A stretch of 64,000 nt of DNA, from the NCBI GenBank assembly GCA_047967505.1, contig CM106538.1; one strand, given 5' to 3'. Of the stretch, positions 11,880 through 23,679 are shown piece by piece (positions within the stretch are counted from its first letter, which is position 1; each line of letters starts with the position of its first letter). A model generated the notes under the pieces. It saw only the letters and a list, made by a program, of their open reading frames with translations, had not been told where the DNA came from and did not search any database. Both the position numbers and the translations under genes were made by a program. Source of the stretch: Dipteris shenzhenensis (lineage: Eukaryota).

Positions 11880-14381
11880 CACTGCTGTCCGATCATGTGG
11901 TAAATGGAAATCTCAGGGATGGGATGGCCTTATAGTGGAATTTTTTCTTGCATACTGGGATCTTCTCAAGCCCATTTTGCTGCGTATGATCAACCATGCC
12001 TGGGAACAGCAACATATGTCAATTTCTTGGAAAGAAGGGCTAGTAAAGCTTCTTCCAAAAAGTAGATTTGTGAATCGTTGGCTGATTGGAGACCCATTAC
12101 TCTTATGCCTGTCATTTATAAAATCATCACCAAAATGGTGGTTGATCGTATTAAAGGATACTTGCATGATGGTTTACATCCTGCACAATATGGTTTTGTT
12201 CCTCGCAGGCATATCACTAATAATATCGCAAATGCTTATGTTTGAATTGAGTATGCCAAATACACAGAGCAGGATGTTCTTTTACTGCAAGTTGATATTG
12301 CCAAGGCTTTTGATACTGTTCAATGGGACTTCATCTCTCAGACAACGCATGCTTTGGGATTTGGGCAGAAATTGCAGCATATCATATACTGGCTTTATAG
12401 TGACAGTCAAGCTGCTTGCATTCTTTGTGGGGATATCTCTGAAGCATGGACTCTTCGTTGCTCAATGCGTCAAGCCTGTCCACTTAGTGTGCTCCTGTAT
12501 GCTATAGCCACGCACCCCATGCTTCAGTATATGGATCATCTCGTAGCTACGGATAAGCTACATGGTTTGGAAATTCATGACAGTAAACCATTGCTTGCTC
12601 AAGCTTATGCAAATGATTCTTTTTTCACTCCCCGTATTACAGAGCAGGATCTTTCTGAGTTGATGCAAGCTCTTTCTTTATATGGTTTAGCTGCTGGGTT
12701 TCATGTAAATTTTCAGAAATCTAAATTGTTGCCTTTGCATTCCAAGGAATGGCACTCTCTTTTATGGCCGGGAGAAATCATCCCACCAACTCAATTGGTT
12801 CATCATCTTGGCTATCCTTTGAGTTGGACACTTTCTCCTCGTCAACAATCTGATTGGATTCTCGCAGCTCTCAAGAAAAAGCTGGAGTATTGGAAATTGG
12901 CAACTTGGCCTTTGCATGTTCGTCTTCAAATTGTGCAATCTATTCTGATGGCGTATATTCAATTCTACTTGCCTCTTATTATGTTCAGCAAGGCTGATCT
13001 TGCCTCTTTTATGTCTAAGGTGCTGGAAATCTTCTAGTGTTCTCGCAATGGCAAAAAAAGCATGCATTTACTTCCGGTGCAGCAGCTTTGTTCTCCAAAG
13101 ATGCATGGAGGTCTTAATATTCTTAATATCCATCTGCACATTCTTGCTCATAAGGGGAAACTCATGCTGCAGTTTTTGCAAGGTTCTCAACCATGGGCTG
13201 CCATGATTCGTCATTTACTCTTGCATGTTGAATCTCCAGCTCTTGGTCATTGTCAGCTTTCGGTCATTGTCAGCTTTCCAATGGGAGTTTCTTTTTGGTT
13301 CTATGACAGGCAAAATCCCCAGCTGTCCTTTGGTTTCCCATTTGTTAATGGATTGGAAACATATCCTTTCTCACTTGGATTGGCATGGCAGTGATTCCTT
13401 GCAGGGCAACTCTTTCAAAGCTGAAAGTATACATTGGTCTAGAGTGTTCGCCCTTCCTTTGGCTTTGCAAGAGCCTCGACGTTCCTATTTTCTGAGCCTC
13501 GAGGGGATTCATTTGGTTCAAGATGTTGTTGATGATGTTGGAATTCCCCTTACTTTTCCTTTGGCTGCTGCCAATGGAATGCATTATCGTCCACTTTGAC
13601 ATAAGATTACTTTGATGCTCCAAACTTTTCAACCGGTTCCTCCATTGCATCTACATGATCGTCTTCAAGACTATACACTTTCTACTGTGGGCTTGTCATA
13701 CCGTCCTCTGCAGTTTACACATATTACTGTCTCTAAAGTTCTACTTCCTCCGCCATTTATCTCACAAAAGGCAAATCAGCTTTGGCATCTTAATCGTTCT
13801 ATGAAATGGTGGCGGAAACGTTTGAGATAGATTTGGCATTCTAAGATTCCTCTCCGTCAACACAGGTTTTCTTGTGGAGAGCTTTGTTAGGTCTTCTTTC
13901 TCATGGACAGCTCTTGGCATGACAACATATTGCTTCCTCTATTTGTCGCAGATGTCTGGCTCCGAGAGAGACTGTGCCTCATCTCTTTTGGCATTGTCCT
14001 TCCTCTCGTGCTTTCTTGGACTTCCTTGGGCAAATTTTGAGAGCTCGGTTTCCTCAAATTGCTTTTGGCAAGTTCTTCTGGCTTTTTGGTGTACATCCAC
14101 CTAGACAGGAGTTTGATTTCTTTTTTGTTTGGGTTCGGTACTAGACACTCTGGACTCTCTCGAAGGATCGTAATCATAGGGTCTTTGGTGATCCTGTTTT
14201 TTCCACTTTCTCTTTCTTCAAACACTCTTTGCAACAATCGCTTTTGATTGCTTGCAATCTCGTGTCTTTGATCATGATGTATATTTGTCCTACAGTGAGA
14301 TTTTCTCTTGATGTATTATAGCTCTCCCTTTCTGGGACAGCTTTTTTTGTAATATAATGACTCAAATATTCCACACAAAAA
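11880..14381 (+). mobile_element. 5'-truncated L1-type LINE (degraded RT to 3' end), same family
   Basis: KSQGWDGLIVEFF, DIAKAFDTVQWDF, RQACPLS, QAYANDS, HLGYPL and a C-terminal Cys region; AATATAA at 14351; short A-tail then (TG)n at 14382-14405. Confidence 0.9.
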
Positions 14382-14405
14382 TGTGTGTGTGTGTGTGTGT
14401 GTGTG
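14382..14405 (+). repeat. (TG)12 microsatellite after LINE tail
   Basis: Direct reading. Confidence 0.95.
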
Positions 14406-14419
14406 AGATACAGATGTCT

Positions 14420-14820
14420 ACCACTAAGTAAATCCTTGCTCCATCTTTTCTAGCACTGCCCTATGACTTATGACTTTTATCTTTTTCTTCAATAGCGTCT
14501 CTTCGGCAGACTTTTTTGGCTCTTCGGCATTTACCCATGGAGGCATGAGTTTGATCTTTTTTTCAATTGGGTTAGATATTGAGGAGTCTGGACTCTGTGG
14601 AAAGATAGAAATCATAGTCTTTGGAGATTATTATTTCCATGTTTCACTATTTCCGGATGTCACTCAGGCAATCGTTCTATGATTGCTTGTCTATTGGTCA
14701 GATAGATTACTCTGTTTACTTCTGTTACAATGGAATCTTCCAATATTGTAATTGCATTTCTCCTCTTTAGAGACTACTTCTTGTAATATAAACATACATG
14801 GATTTCAAAAAAACAAAAAA
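14420..14820 (+). mobile_element. Short 3' fragment of the same L1-type LINE family
   Basis: Similar to 11430-11740 (WVRY*GVWTLWKDRNH); AATATAAA at 14785-14792; A-tail 14807-14820 followed by degenerate GT/TA repeat. Confidence 0.8.
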
Positions 14821-15064
14821 GCTGCGTGTACATATATACATGCCTACATATATATAAAGAGCTATTATTAACTATATGGAGTCTTTATCTGGCAACCTGT
14901 CATGTGGCATCTCATGAAAAGACAGCCTCGGCCATGATGGAGCATGATCAGAATGAGGAAGGCATAATCCACCCACATTTGGCGAGTAAGAGCCTCATAC
15001 TGCTGCATATTTACCATGTACCAACGGTCCAACCTGGGATGCATGCTCTCTCAGTATCAATGAG

Positions 15065-16206
15065 ACATTGAATACTTGGTATTATGATAGTGGTGCTTCT
15101 AAGCACATCACTTCTAAGAAGAGCCTTTTTGCATCTTTGCATCGTCCACCTACTAAAAAGAAGGTGACTTGTGCAAATAATTCTTCTTATTCAGTGTGTG
15201 GAGTGGGGGACATCATCCTCACATCCACTGCTGGCACAAATTTCAGAATTTCAGATGTTCTCTACGTGCCAGGTATAAAGAAGAATTTGCTTTCAGTGTC
15301 CTCTCTCAATAGAGGAGGATTTCAAGTTATATTCGATGATGCTAAGTGTGCAATCAAAGACAAAGAGAATGACTATGCTTTGATGTTGTTTGGCACTTTG
15401 TCTCTGGGTCTTTTTCAGCTTCATATATATGAGAAGATCTCATCTTGCACTTTCAGTGAGCACTCCCACTGCTGCGATGCAGAATGCGGAGTTAGGGCAT
15501 GCCAGGTATGGGCACATGAGCTATGGCAGCTTAATGACACTTCAAAAGCATGCTATGGTTGATGCATTGCCTCCTTTGGAGTCACCTCCTCCTCATGCAT
15601 GTGAGGGTTGCATCCTTGGCAACATACATAGATTTCCTTTTAAAAAGGATGATGCAGTGAGAGCTACACGTAAATTACAGCTCATTCACACTCATGTCTG
15701 TGGTCCCATGAGGACACCTTCTTTTGGTGGTTATCTCTATTATGTTACATTCATAGATGACTTCACCAATTACCCTTGGGTCTATGGTCTTAAAGCAAAA
15801 TCAGAAGTGTTTATGCATTTCAAACACTTTGTGGCCATGGTTGAGAATGAGACAGGACTCAAGGTGTAGACACTTTGCATAAATAGAGAGGGGAGTATAT
15901 GTCTCATGAATTTGAGGCATTTTCAAGGAGACAGGCATCACGCATCAGCTTACAGTGAGGCTTACACCTCAGCAAAATGGTAAAGCTGAGCGCAAGAATC
16001 TTACTCTTATGGAGATGGATAGATGCATACTTAACAATAAAAAGTTACCTCACAAGTTTTGGCTCGAAAGCCTCATGTGTGCAAACTATGTTTTGAATCG
16101 GGCTCCCACAAAGGCTTTGAAGACAATCACTCCTTATGAAGCATGGCATGGGAGGAAGCCTTTAGTAAATCACTTGAGAGTTTTTGGTTGTGTTGCATAT
16201 GCCCAC
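15065..16206 (+). pseudogene. pol: Copia pol fragment: protease, GAG-pre-integrase, integrase; no LTRs seen
   Basis: WYYDSGASKHIT, LYVPGIKKNLLSVS, HARYGH...CEGC, HVCGPM, FIDDF, QQNGKAERKN, LRVFGCVAYAH. Confidence 0.9.
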
Positions 16207-16855
16207 TCTGTACCTATCAATGGACCCATTTGGCTTTCTTTTCACTTTAAAGACCCACTTGGTACCAATGGCATGCTTACCTGGTGGTAAATCCACAACA
16301 TCCCAAGTTTGATTTTCTCAATGGACTGCAATTCATTGTGCATGGCATGCATCCAATGCACATTATCCTTTGCTTCTTCAAAAGAGTTAGGTTATTCTTC
16401 ATCAAGAAGAGTACCTGGATAAGCTGTCTCAATGGAAAGAGCCCCCCCTGCGTGCCTTACTGCACTACGAGTCCTGCCAGGCAATGAGGCCTCAATCCAA
16501 CTCTCCCTGAGAGTCTGTAGCAACCAATTCGGGACTGTTTTGGCTGCGTGTATTTCTTGAATCTCTTGCCTGACAACTTCATCCACACCCTGCGGAGGTA
16601 CAAAATCAGCCTGTGGCTGAATCGGGGCATGTGGAGAGGAGGAGGTTGCTGTAAATTCTGATTTTCAGCATGAGCCTCAGGTGGGGTACCAAATGCTATA
16701 GGAAGCATCCCCTCAAAAACATCATCTAATAGTAAATTCAGCATGTGTATGTGCTGAATTCTCTGAAAATATAACATCTCTACTCACAAAAATCTTGCGA
16801 GAAGTAGGATTGTAGAGATGATAGCCTTTGCTTTGTGCACTATACCCAACCAATG
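16207..16855 (-). pseudogene. pol: Inverted continuation of the Copia pol fragment (post-integrase linker to RT start)
   Basis: Minus strand VGYSAQSKGYHLYNPTSRKIFVSRDVIF, PNWLLQTLRES, and LPPGKHAIGTKWVFKVKRKPNGSIDRY ending at about 16207. Confidence 0.85.
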
Positions 16856-17199
16856 TAATGTAATAAGTGGGTTAGGGGCACCATTGAGGTTTTTCCCCAT
16901 AACCACAATCTAATCCCCAAAATACGGTTAGTGAATACGATAGGGTTTTGTCACTTAGACAAAACCCCTCACTTTTCTTTTGTACTTACTTCATTTCAGT
17001 CCACTATTCAGCAGACTTACGTTCAGCTCACTCTTGTTCTCCTTTTGTTAACAAAATCATGTTTATAAGTTACGGATCCCGATTCCCCCCTGAAAAGTCA
17101 CGTACAGATGGCCGTATGGATGGCTACGGAAAAACCATCCTACACGTACGGACCTAACTATGTTTGTGTGTGTTGAGGCATCTCGCTGTGTTGGTTTGG

Positions 17200-17880
17200 G
17201 GGGCCAGAAGGGAGAAGGGGGGGGGGATTATCTCTGTATCCGGGGGGCCATGTCGAGAGTGATCCCTCGGCTTGGGCGGTCCCCTTTGAGTAGAGATGGA
17301 ATGGGCTGGACCTCCATTGTGCGTGCCTTGGTCAGCCTCTGCGACGCATGTAGTCTCTGTGTCTCTGGCTCCACCGCTCTGTGCCATCTCTTCCCACTGA
17401 TCCATGCTGCTCTCATGTCGGCTATCTCCTCCTCCTCTACCCACTATGTTCTGGGGCTGACTCGTAATGCATAAAAGTGTGTGACATTTCGTTGTGCTCG
17501 ATCTGCCTCTGTACCCTGTGGCACAGTCACCTCCTACTGCCTGATCTGTTACAATTCAATCTCTTTGTGTCACCATATCTCCATCAAGTAGAGGCCAACA
17601 TAGACTTGGTCGTGAAAGTGGATCAGTTGGGAGAGAGGTCCAAAGTCATGTCCCTCTTTAAAGAGACTCTCATAGTAGGCGGGGCAAATTTATACGAAAT
17701 GCTCCTCTATCTCCACCTCTGCCACTATGCATAACCTGTAGACCCGTTGCTCTCTAGGTGTGCCTATGACTCTCCTTGCTTCGATCCTCGGTTAAAGTGA
17801 TGAGATTCGCATCTATCCAATGGCAATTCTCAATGTATGTGACACCCGTCTGACCATGCGAAGAATTACATGCCTTACTT
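17200..17880 (-). mobile_element. Degraded 3' fragment of an RTE-group LINE
   Basis: Minus strand RLCIVAEVEIEEHFV*ICPAYYE, similar to the C-terminal Cys motif at 22820-22900. Confidence 0.6.
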
Positions 17881-17899
17881 GAGGAAACTAGTTTACAAA

Positions 17900-20057
17900 T
17901 GCTAAAGTAAATTGTAAAAAGTTGACAAAACTCAGCCATGTCAGGGATTTAACTCAGCCTGAACTTGAGTGCTTATGTCGTGCTAAGCATCTATTACAGA
18001 GGAATGACCATAGGAAAATTGTCACTAAAGGCAGGCACAAGGCTCTTTTGGATAAACGTTGCTCCTCTAAAGAGTTCTTCAGGAGTTTACATTATAAGAG
18101 GCAGGCTCAGAACATTTGTCAGATTTTGACATCTGATGGTTGTTGGACTTCCTCACACGCACATTTTGCTCAAGCTTGTGTCGATCACTTCGCCCACCAA
18201 TTTGGGAATATGAAGTCCCATTCACAAGAGATTCTGTTGGAAAGACAGGAGTTACTGCAACATGTCTCTCTCATTATTACTCTTGACCAGGCTATGCAGC
18301 TTGTGCCACCTTTCAAAGAAGGGAGCTCCTTGATGCTTTGAAGTCGTGGCAAATAAAAGTCCCCAGGTTGGGATGGTCTTACAGTGGAGTTTTTCCTAGC
18401 ATACTGAGATGCCCTTAAACATGTTACCGGCAACTGCATATGACGAATAGTGCCTGGCAGAAACAGCAAATGCTTAATGATGGAAGAAAGGACTGGTTAA
18501 GTTGATTCCCCAAAAGCATATTTGTGAATCATTTGTTGATTCGCGGCTTATTACACTCATGCTAGTCATTTATAAGGTGTTTGCCAAAATTGTGGTTAAT
18601 AGAATAAAAGGTTTTCTGCATATGGTCTACATCCTACCCAATATGGCGCCATCCCTCATGCACACATCACTAATAATATTGTGAATGCCTATGTTGGGAT
18701 AGAATATGCAAAGTATACTCAACACGATGTACTCTTGGCACAAGTAGACATCGCCAAAGCTTTTGATACTGTACAATGGGATTTTATCTCACAGAACATG
18801 CAATCCCAGGGATTTGGGAATAGAATGAAGCAGCAGCCTACATTTTCTATTGTTCTGATCAGTGGACTTTATATTCTTCAGTCAGACAGGGATGCCCTCT
18901 TAGTGCATTGCTTTATGCAATAGCTACCCTTTGCTATATCTTCACTCCAATGAACACAGAGAGTGATCTTTCACAACTCATGAGTGCTTTATCCTTGTAT
19001 GGAATAGCTGTTGGCTTGCTGGTAAATTACTTTCCCCAGTCAGCTTGTTCGTCATCCTGGCTATCCCTTAGGATGGACAATAAATCGCCATCAGCAAACG
19101 GATTGGGTGCTTGCAAGGCTCATGAAGAAAATGAAATACTGGAAGCTAGCCACTTGGCCTCTTCATGTTCAACTTCGAATTGTACAATCAATTTTGGTGG
19201 CCTATATTCAGTTCTTCTTGCCTTTGATGATGTTTGACAAGAAAGAAATTAGTTCTTTCATGCCCACTCTTAGGGAGACTTTCTGGCACTCAAAACATGG
19301 CTGTAAGAGTATCAGATTAATCTCTATGGAGCACCTCTGTTCCCCAAGATGCATAGTGGCTTGAACATATTGAATATTCATATCCATATTTTGGCACATA
19401 TAGGAACAATGATGCTGGAATTTCTGCAAGGTGATCAGTCTTGGGCTCCATGATCCGTCACCTACATTCATAATTGATTGCTCTTGCTTTTGGGCGGCAC
19501 TGGCATCCCACTCAATGGGACTTCATTCTGGGCTATATTGATGGCACAGTTAAAGGCTTCCCTTTTGCATGTTTTTGGCCTGGAAAGAAATTCTTTCTCA
19601 TCTTAAATGTCATGGTCGTGACTCTTTGGATGGGAATTCCTTGCGTGTTGAGAGTCTGCACCACTAGTCAAAGGTGCTTGATCGTTCCCTTGCCTTGCAA
19701 GAACCCCCTGTGCTCTCATTTTTTTTCATCCAAAGGGATTAGTTTGGTGGATGATGTGCTTCATGATGATGGTACTGTACTATCTTTTCCTCTGGCGACT
19801 AGACAGTATGGATTGGGGATGCATTATCGACCCCTTTGGCACTTTCTTTCTCAAATGCTCCATTGCTTTTTAGTAGTACCCAAGTTGGAGCTTATTATCA
19901 TCTTATTGATTGGACCTGACATCGCCGAGGTTTTGCTACTCGCCCCTTACGCCTGACTGATATCTTCGCGGCTGGTTTGTATAGGGTTTTAATGCCTCCT
20001 CCTTGGATTTCGCATCGGGGAAATCAACTTTGGTCTTTCAATCGTAATGCCTCCACC
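17900..20057 (+). mobile_element. Degraded internal ORF2 fragment of the L1-type LINE family
   Basis: LLDKRCSSKEFFRSLH, KSPGWDGLTVEFF, VDIAKAFDTVQWDF, YWKLATWPLHVQLRIVQSIL; similar to ORF2 at 28747..32447. Confidence 0.88.
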
Positions 20058-20059
20058 TT

Positions 20060-22230
20060 GGATTCAAGACTAAGGGATGGGCTAGATTTTGGCATGATCT
20101 TGGGACTGTAGATCACATACTTACACTCAAAGGTTTCATTGAGGAGGCCACATAACGGAGACAGAGGGTATATTGTTGCTTTGTGGACTTTTGCAAAGCC
20201 TTTGATACAATGCCGAGAGCCCACCTTATCAAACACTTGCAAGATTTGGGTTATAATCAGGAGATCAATTGGGCCGTTATGGCACTCTGCGAGAGGATTT
20301 CAAGAAGGGTCCATACTGGCACAAGGTGGATAGGGGAGATCATGAGCACTATTGGAGTCAAATAAAGTGGTCCATTGTCACCTATCTTGTTTGGCCTCTA
20401 TAGAGATGAGCTTGAGACTTCTATGGGGACACTAGGGAGGCTAGTGGCTCTCTCGTTGGCTCTTTGATTCACCTCCTCTGATATGCGAAAGACTTGGTCC
20501 TACTTTCATCCTTAGCGGAGGGGCTCCAGAGACATTTGGACTCGTTGTATGAGTCACACGACTTGAAAGTCACCCTTCGTAAGACCAAGGTTATGATATT
20601 TAACATATCTTGAGCAGCCATGTACAAAAAGCAGTTCACACTGGATGGGTCACCAGTGGGGGTCATTTCATCATACACATACTTCGGTGTTCTTTTCTCC
20701 GGATCGGCAATGCACGAGGTATGCCGCACTTGCTCAACTAGAGCGACAATGCTTCCACTCCCACTTCCAAGATCCCAAGACCAAGTCTCTTCTCTTTGAT
20801 TCCTTGGTCTTCCCAGCAAGTATGTATGGCATCCCTTGCTGGGGGCCTGATTATAAGAGTCAGATTGGGCTCAGGTAGAGCGGCTCCAGGTTCTCTTGTG
20901 GTCACCGATGATCCGCAACGAGCCATCGGTCCCAGATCAGATTGTTTTGGCCGAGTTCGTTGCATCTCCACTACACATTTGCGGCATTTTAGGTCATCAC
21001 ATACCTTTACTAAGTCAGGGACTATGACTCTTGTACCTCAGGACGACCTAGACTACCGTGCTTGGCCCTATCTTCCTCCATGACCTTAGCAGCTGAGGGT
21101 GATTGGAGATGTTGGTATGAGCATACATGCACGTAGTTTGGGGCTCCACATGGATAGATTACACCCTTTCCAGTATAGCATTGAAGGCTCCCTCAGTCCC
21201 GCTCAAACATCATGAGGTCAACCAAGTTATCCGAAAGGACATTTTGCAGCGACACATGTTTAGGATGGTTGACATCCAGCGAGCTTCCAGTGAAGCTCAG
21301 CATCTATAAGGACGATTGTTTAGGGATCTCAAAGGAGGGCTTCATTGAACCACCATGGTATACCAGGATCCACCTCCTACAGTCGTTGAGGACATTGTTC
21401 GGGTAGTTTTGTGTCTCATCGCACTGACTCCGTATCGAGATTAGACGAGTTGAGGCATACATATGGAGAGCCGCATATGCACCCTATGTGATTCCATGAG
21501 ATTGAGTCGAAGGAGCATTATCTTTCAGTGCCCTTTGCACAATGAGATTTGAGGTCCTTATCACTATCTCTTCAGGGACGGTTTCAAAACCCTCGCTAGC
21601 TTCCCTTCTTACCCAAATCAAAGATGCCTTGCTGCCTTCGTCCATGAGGCCATCAAGCACAGAGAGCACTTACTCAACATACATAGGTGGGGCCAGGGCA
21701 CACAGCAAGACACATCCTTAGAGAATTATCACAGAGTTTTTCCAGCTAGATCCTATAGACCATTAGATCACTAGCCAATCAACGAGGCCAAGATCCAGAG
21801 CCAGTAATACGATAGACTCGACAAAGGGTTGATGCACGGATCATGCTTTTAGTCTCCCCTCCATGTTCACTCGATCGGGGGCACGATCGACCTACATTAC
21901 AGTGGCCGTTGTCAAACGCAAAGCCATTGCTAGGAGACCACAGCGGGCCATACGCACAAACCACCATCAATGCTCTATCGCATGTTTCCTGTCATCACAA
22001 CCTTATTCATTGTCGAGCTCCCCTTGAGCTTCCACCCTAGCCATGGGCCAAGATTTCTCTCTATATTAGATTTGATATGATATGACCATATTGTATTCAT
22101 CATAGGTGATGATGCCCGATTAGAACCTCCACCCTTTCAGGTCATTGTATCAGGCTTCTTTCAGTCTCATAAACCCTTCTGTCTTTCAAAGACTTTTAAT
22201 AAACTTCGTTTTCTACTTTCTTTACACAGT
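20060..22230 (+). mobile_element. RTE-group (RTE/RTEX-like) LINE, 5'-truncated and degraded
   Basis: VDFCKAFDTMPR, STIGVK*SGPLSPILFGLY, degenerate LLxYAxD, YTYFGV; C-terminal H*LRIEI-R...CTLC...EHYL-QCP; 3' AATAAAC plus T-rich tail near 22198-22223. Confidence 0.75.
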
Positions 22231-22529
22231 GCTTTGTGAGTGCGTGCTCTTTTGACACAGTGCCATGGGCAAGTCTCGCACGTAGAGCACGAAAAAACGC
22301 GCGACTTTCCTCTTTGGACGGCCCTCAAATTCTTCCTAGATCAAGAGATACGACTTGATCTAGGTGGAGGGGCAAAAGGAGTGCAAATGGTACTCAATGA
22401 TGATGTGTCACTCTGAGTCACATGCAGTGATGATGTGGCACTGTGCCTAGCAAGAGGTGTGCCTGTGAAGCCTGTGCTGAGGTGGAAGGATTGGTCACAT
22501 GAAGTGACTGTGAAGCACTGTGTGTGCCT

Positions 22530-23625
22530 GTAGAGGTCAGTGCTGACTGGACAGCTGAGGTGGCACACCACGTTATCCGTGAGGATCTACTACAGCTACA
22601 CACTTTTCGAACCTGGTTGGAACCAAGTGAACTCCCAGTGAAGCTTAGCTTCTACAGAGATCACTTCTTACATATCACGGCGGAGGGTTTCATTGACCCA
22701 CTAGGATACACATACATTCACCTACCCCTCGCTGAGGATCTCTCTTGGACAGTTCCGGGTCTCTTCACACAGACTTCGCATCGAGAGTGGCAAAGCAGAG
22801 CGACTACCCAGGGAGTGGCGCATATGCACACTATGTGACATACAGGAGCTTGAGACAGAGGAGCATTTCATCTTCAAGTGTCCTGTGTACTATGAGATCC
22901 GAGGACGTTTCCACTGCCTCTTCAGGGATAGTTATGGGATTTTAGCCCGTTTCCTCTCCTACCCAGACCAGCGGTGTTTGGCAGGTTTCATTCATGAGGC
23001 ACTTAGACACCACGAGAGGATACTCCGAGCATGGAGACAGGAGCAGACTTCTTCCTCGGTTGATCCCTCTCAGAGCTCTATCATGGAGTTCTTTCAGCTA
23101 GATCACATGGACCCCAACGAGACGAGGCCTTGACCTGGAGCTCGTGACCCGACAGCTCAAACAGAGGGTCGACACACAGATCACACTTGGAGATATCCCC
23201 TCCTTGTTTAGAGTCGGAGCCCAACCGACGGGAGGTCACAGTAGCCCTGGTTAGACGCACAGCTACGACCAAGAGACGTGCCAAGACCGCACCTCTGAGT
23301 GGCCGACAGCACTCTATTGCCGACTTCATGCCTCCACTGCCTCATCCATCCTAATATCTTGCTGTTGCTGAGGATGATGATGATATTGATGATAATGCTG
23401 CGATCGATATATAGTCGACCATTGACATGACTATGTTGTACATGGGACTTAGTACTGCCATTCTGCATTTTTGCATTTTTTGCATTTTGCATTTTGCATT
23501 GCTATGGATGCTCGTTTAGTAGCTCCACTACCACAGCTTGTTGTATCAAGATTTTCACTGTCTCATAGACCCATCGGTCTTCCGAAGACTTTAATAAACT
23601 TTCTTTTCTTTCTTTCTTGCTTTCT
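22530..23625 (+). mobile_element. Second RTE-group LINE 3' fragment
   Basis: SHRLRIESG...CTLCDIQELETEEHFIFKCPVYYEIRGRFHCLFRD; ends AAGACTTTAATAAAC followed by (TTTC)n at about 23598-23625. Confidence 0.78.
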
Positions 23626-23679
23626 CATTTCCAAGATCCCCGAACCAAGTCTCTGATTCTTTCGTCCGCCCAACCAATA

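Noticed and set aside
22335-22530. Short GTG-rich segment between two RTE-like copies
   Set aside because: Could be an LTR scrap, but it has no termini or second copy in the window.
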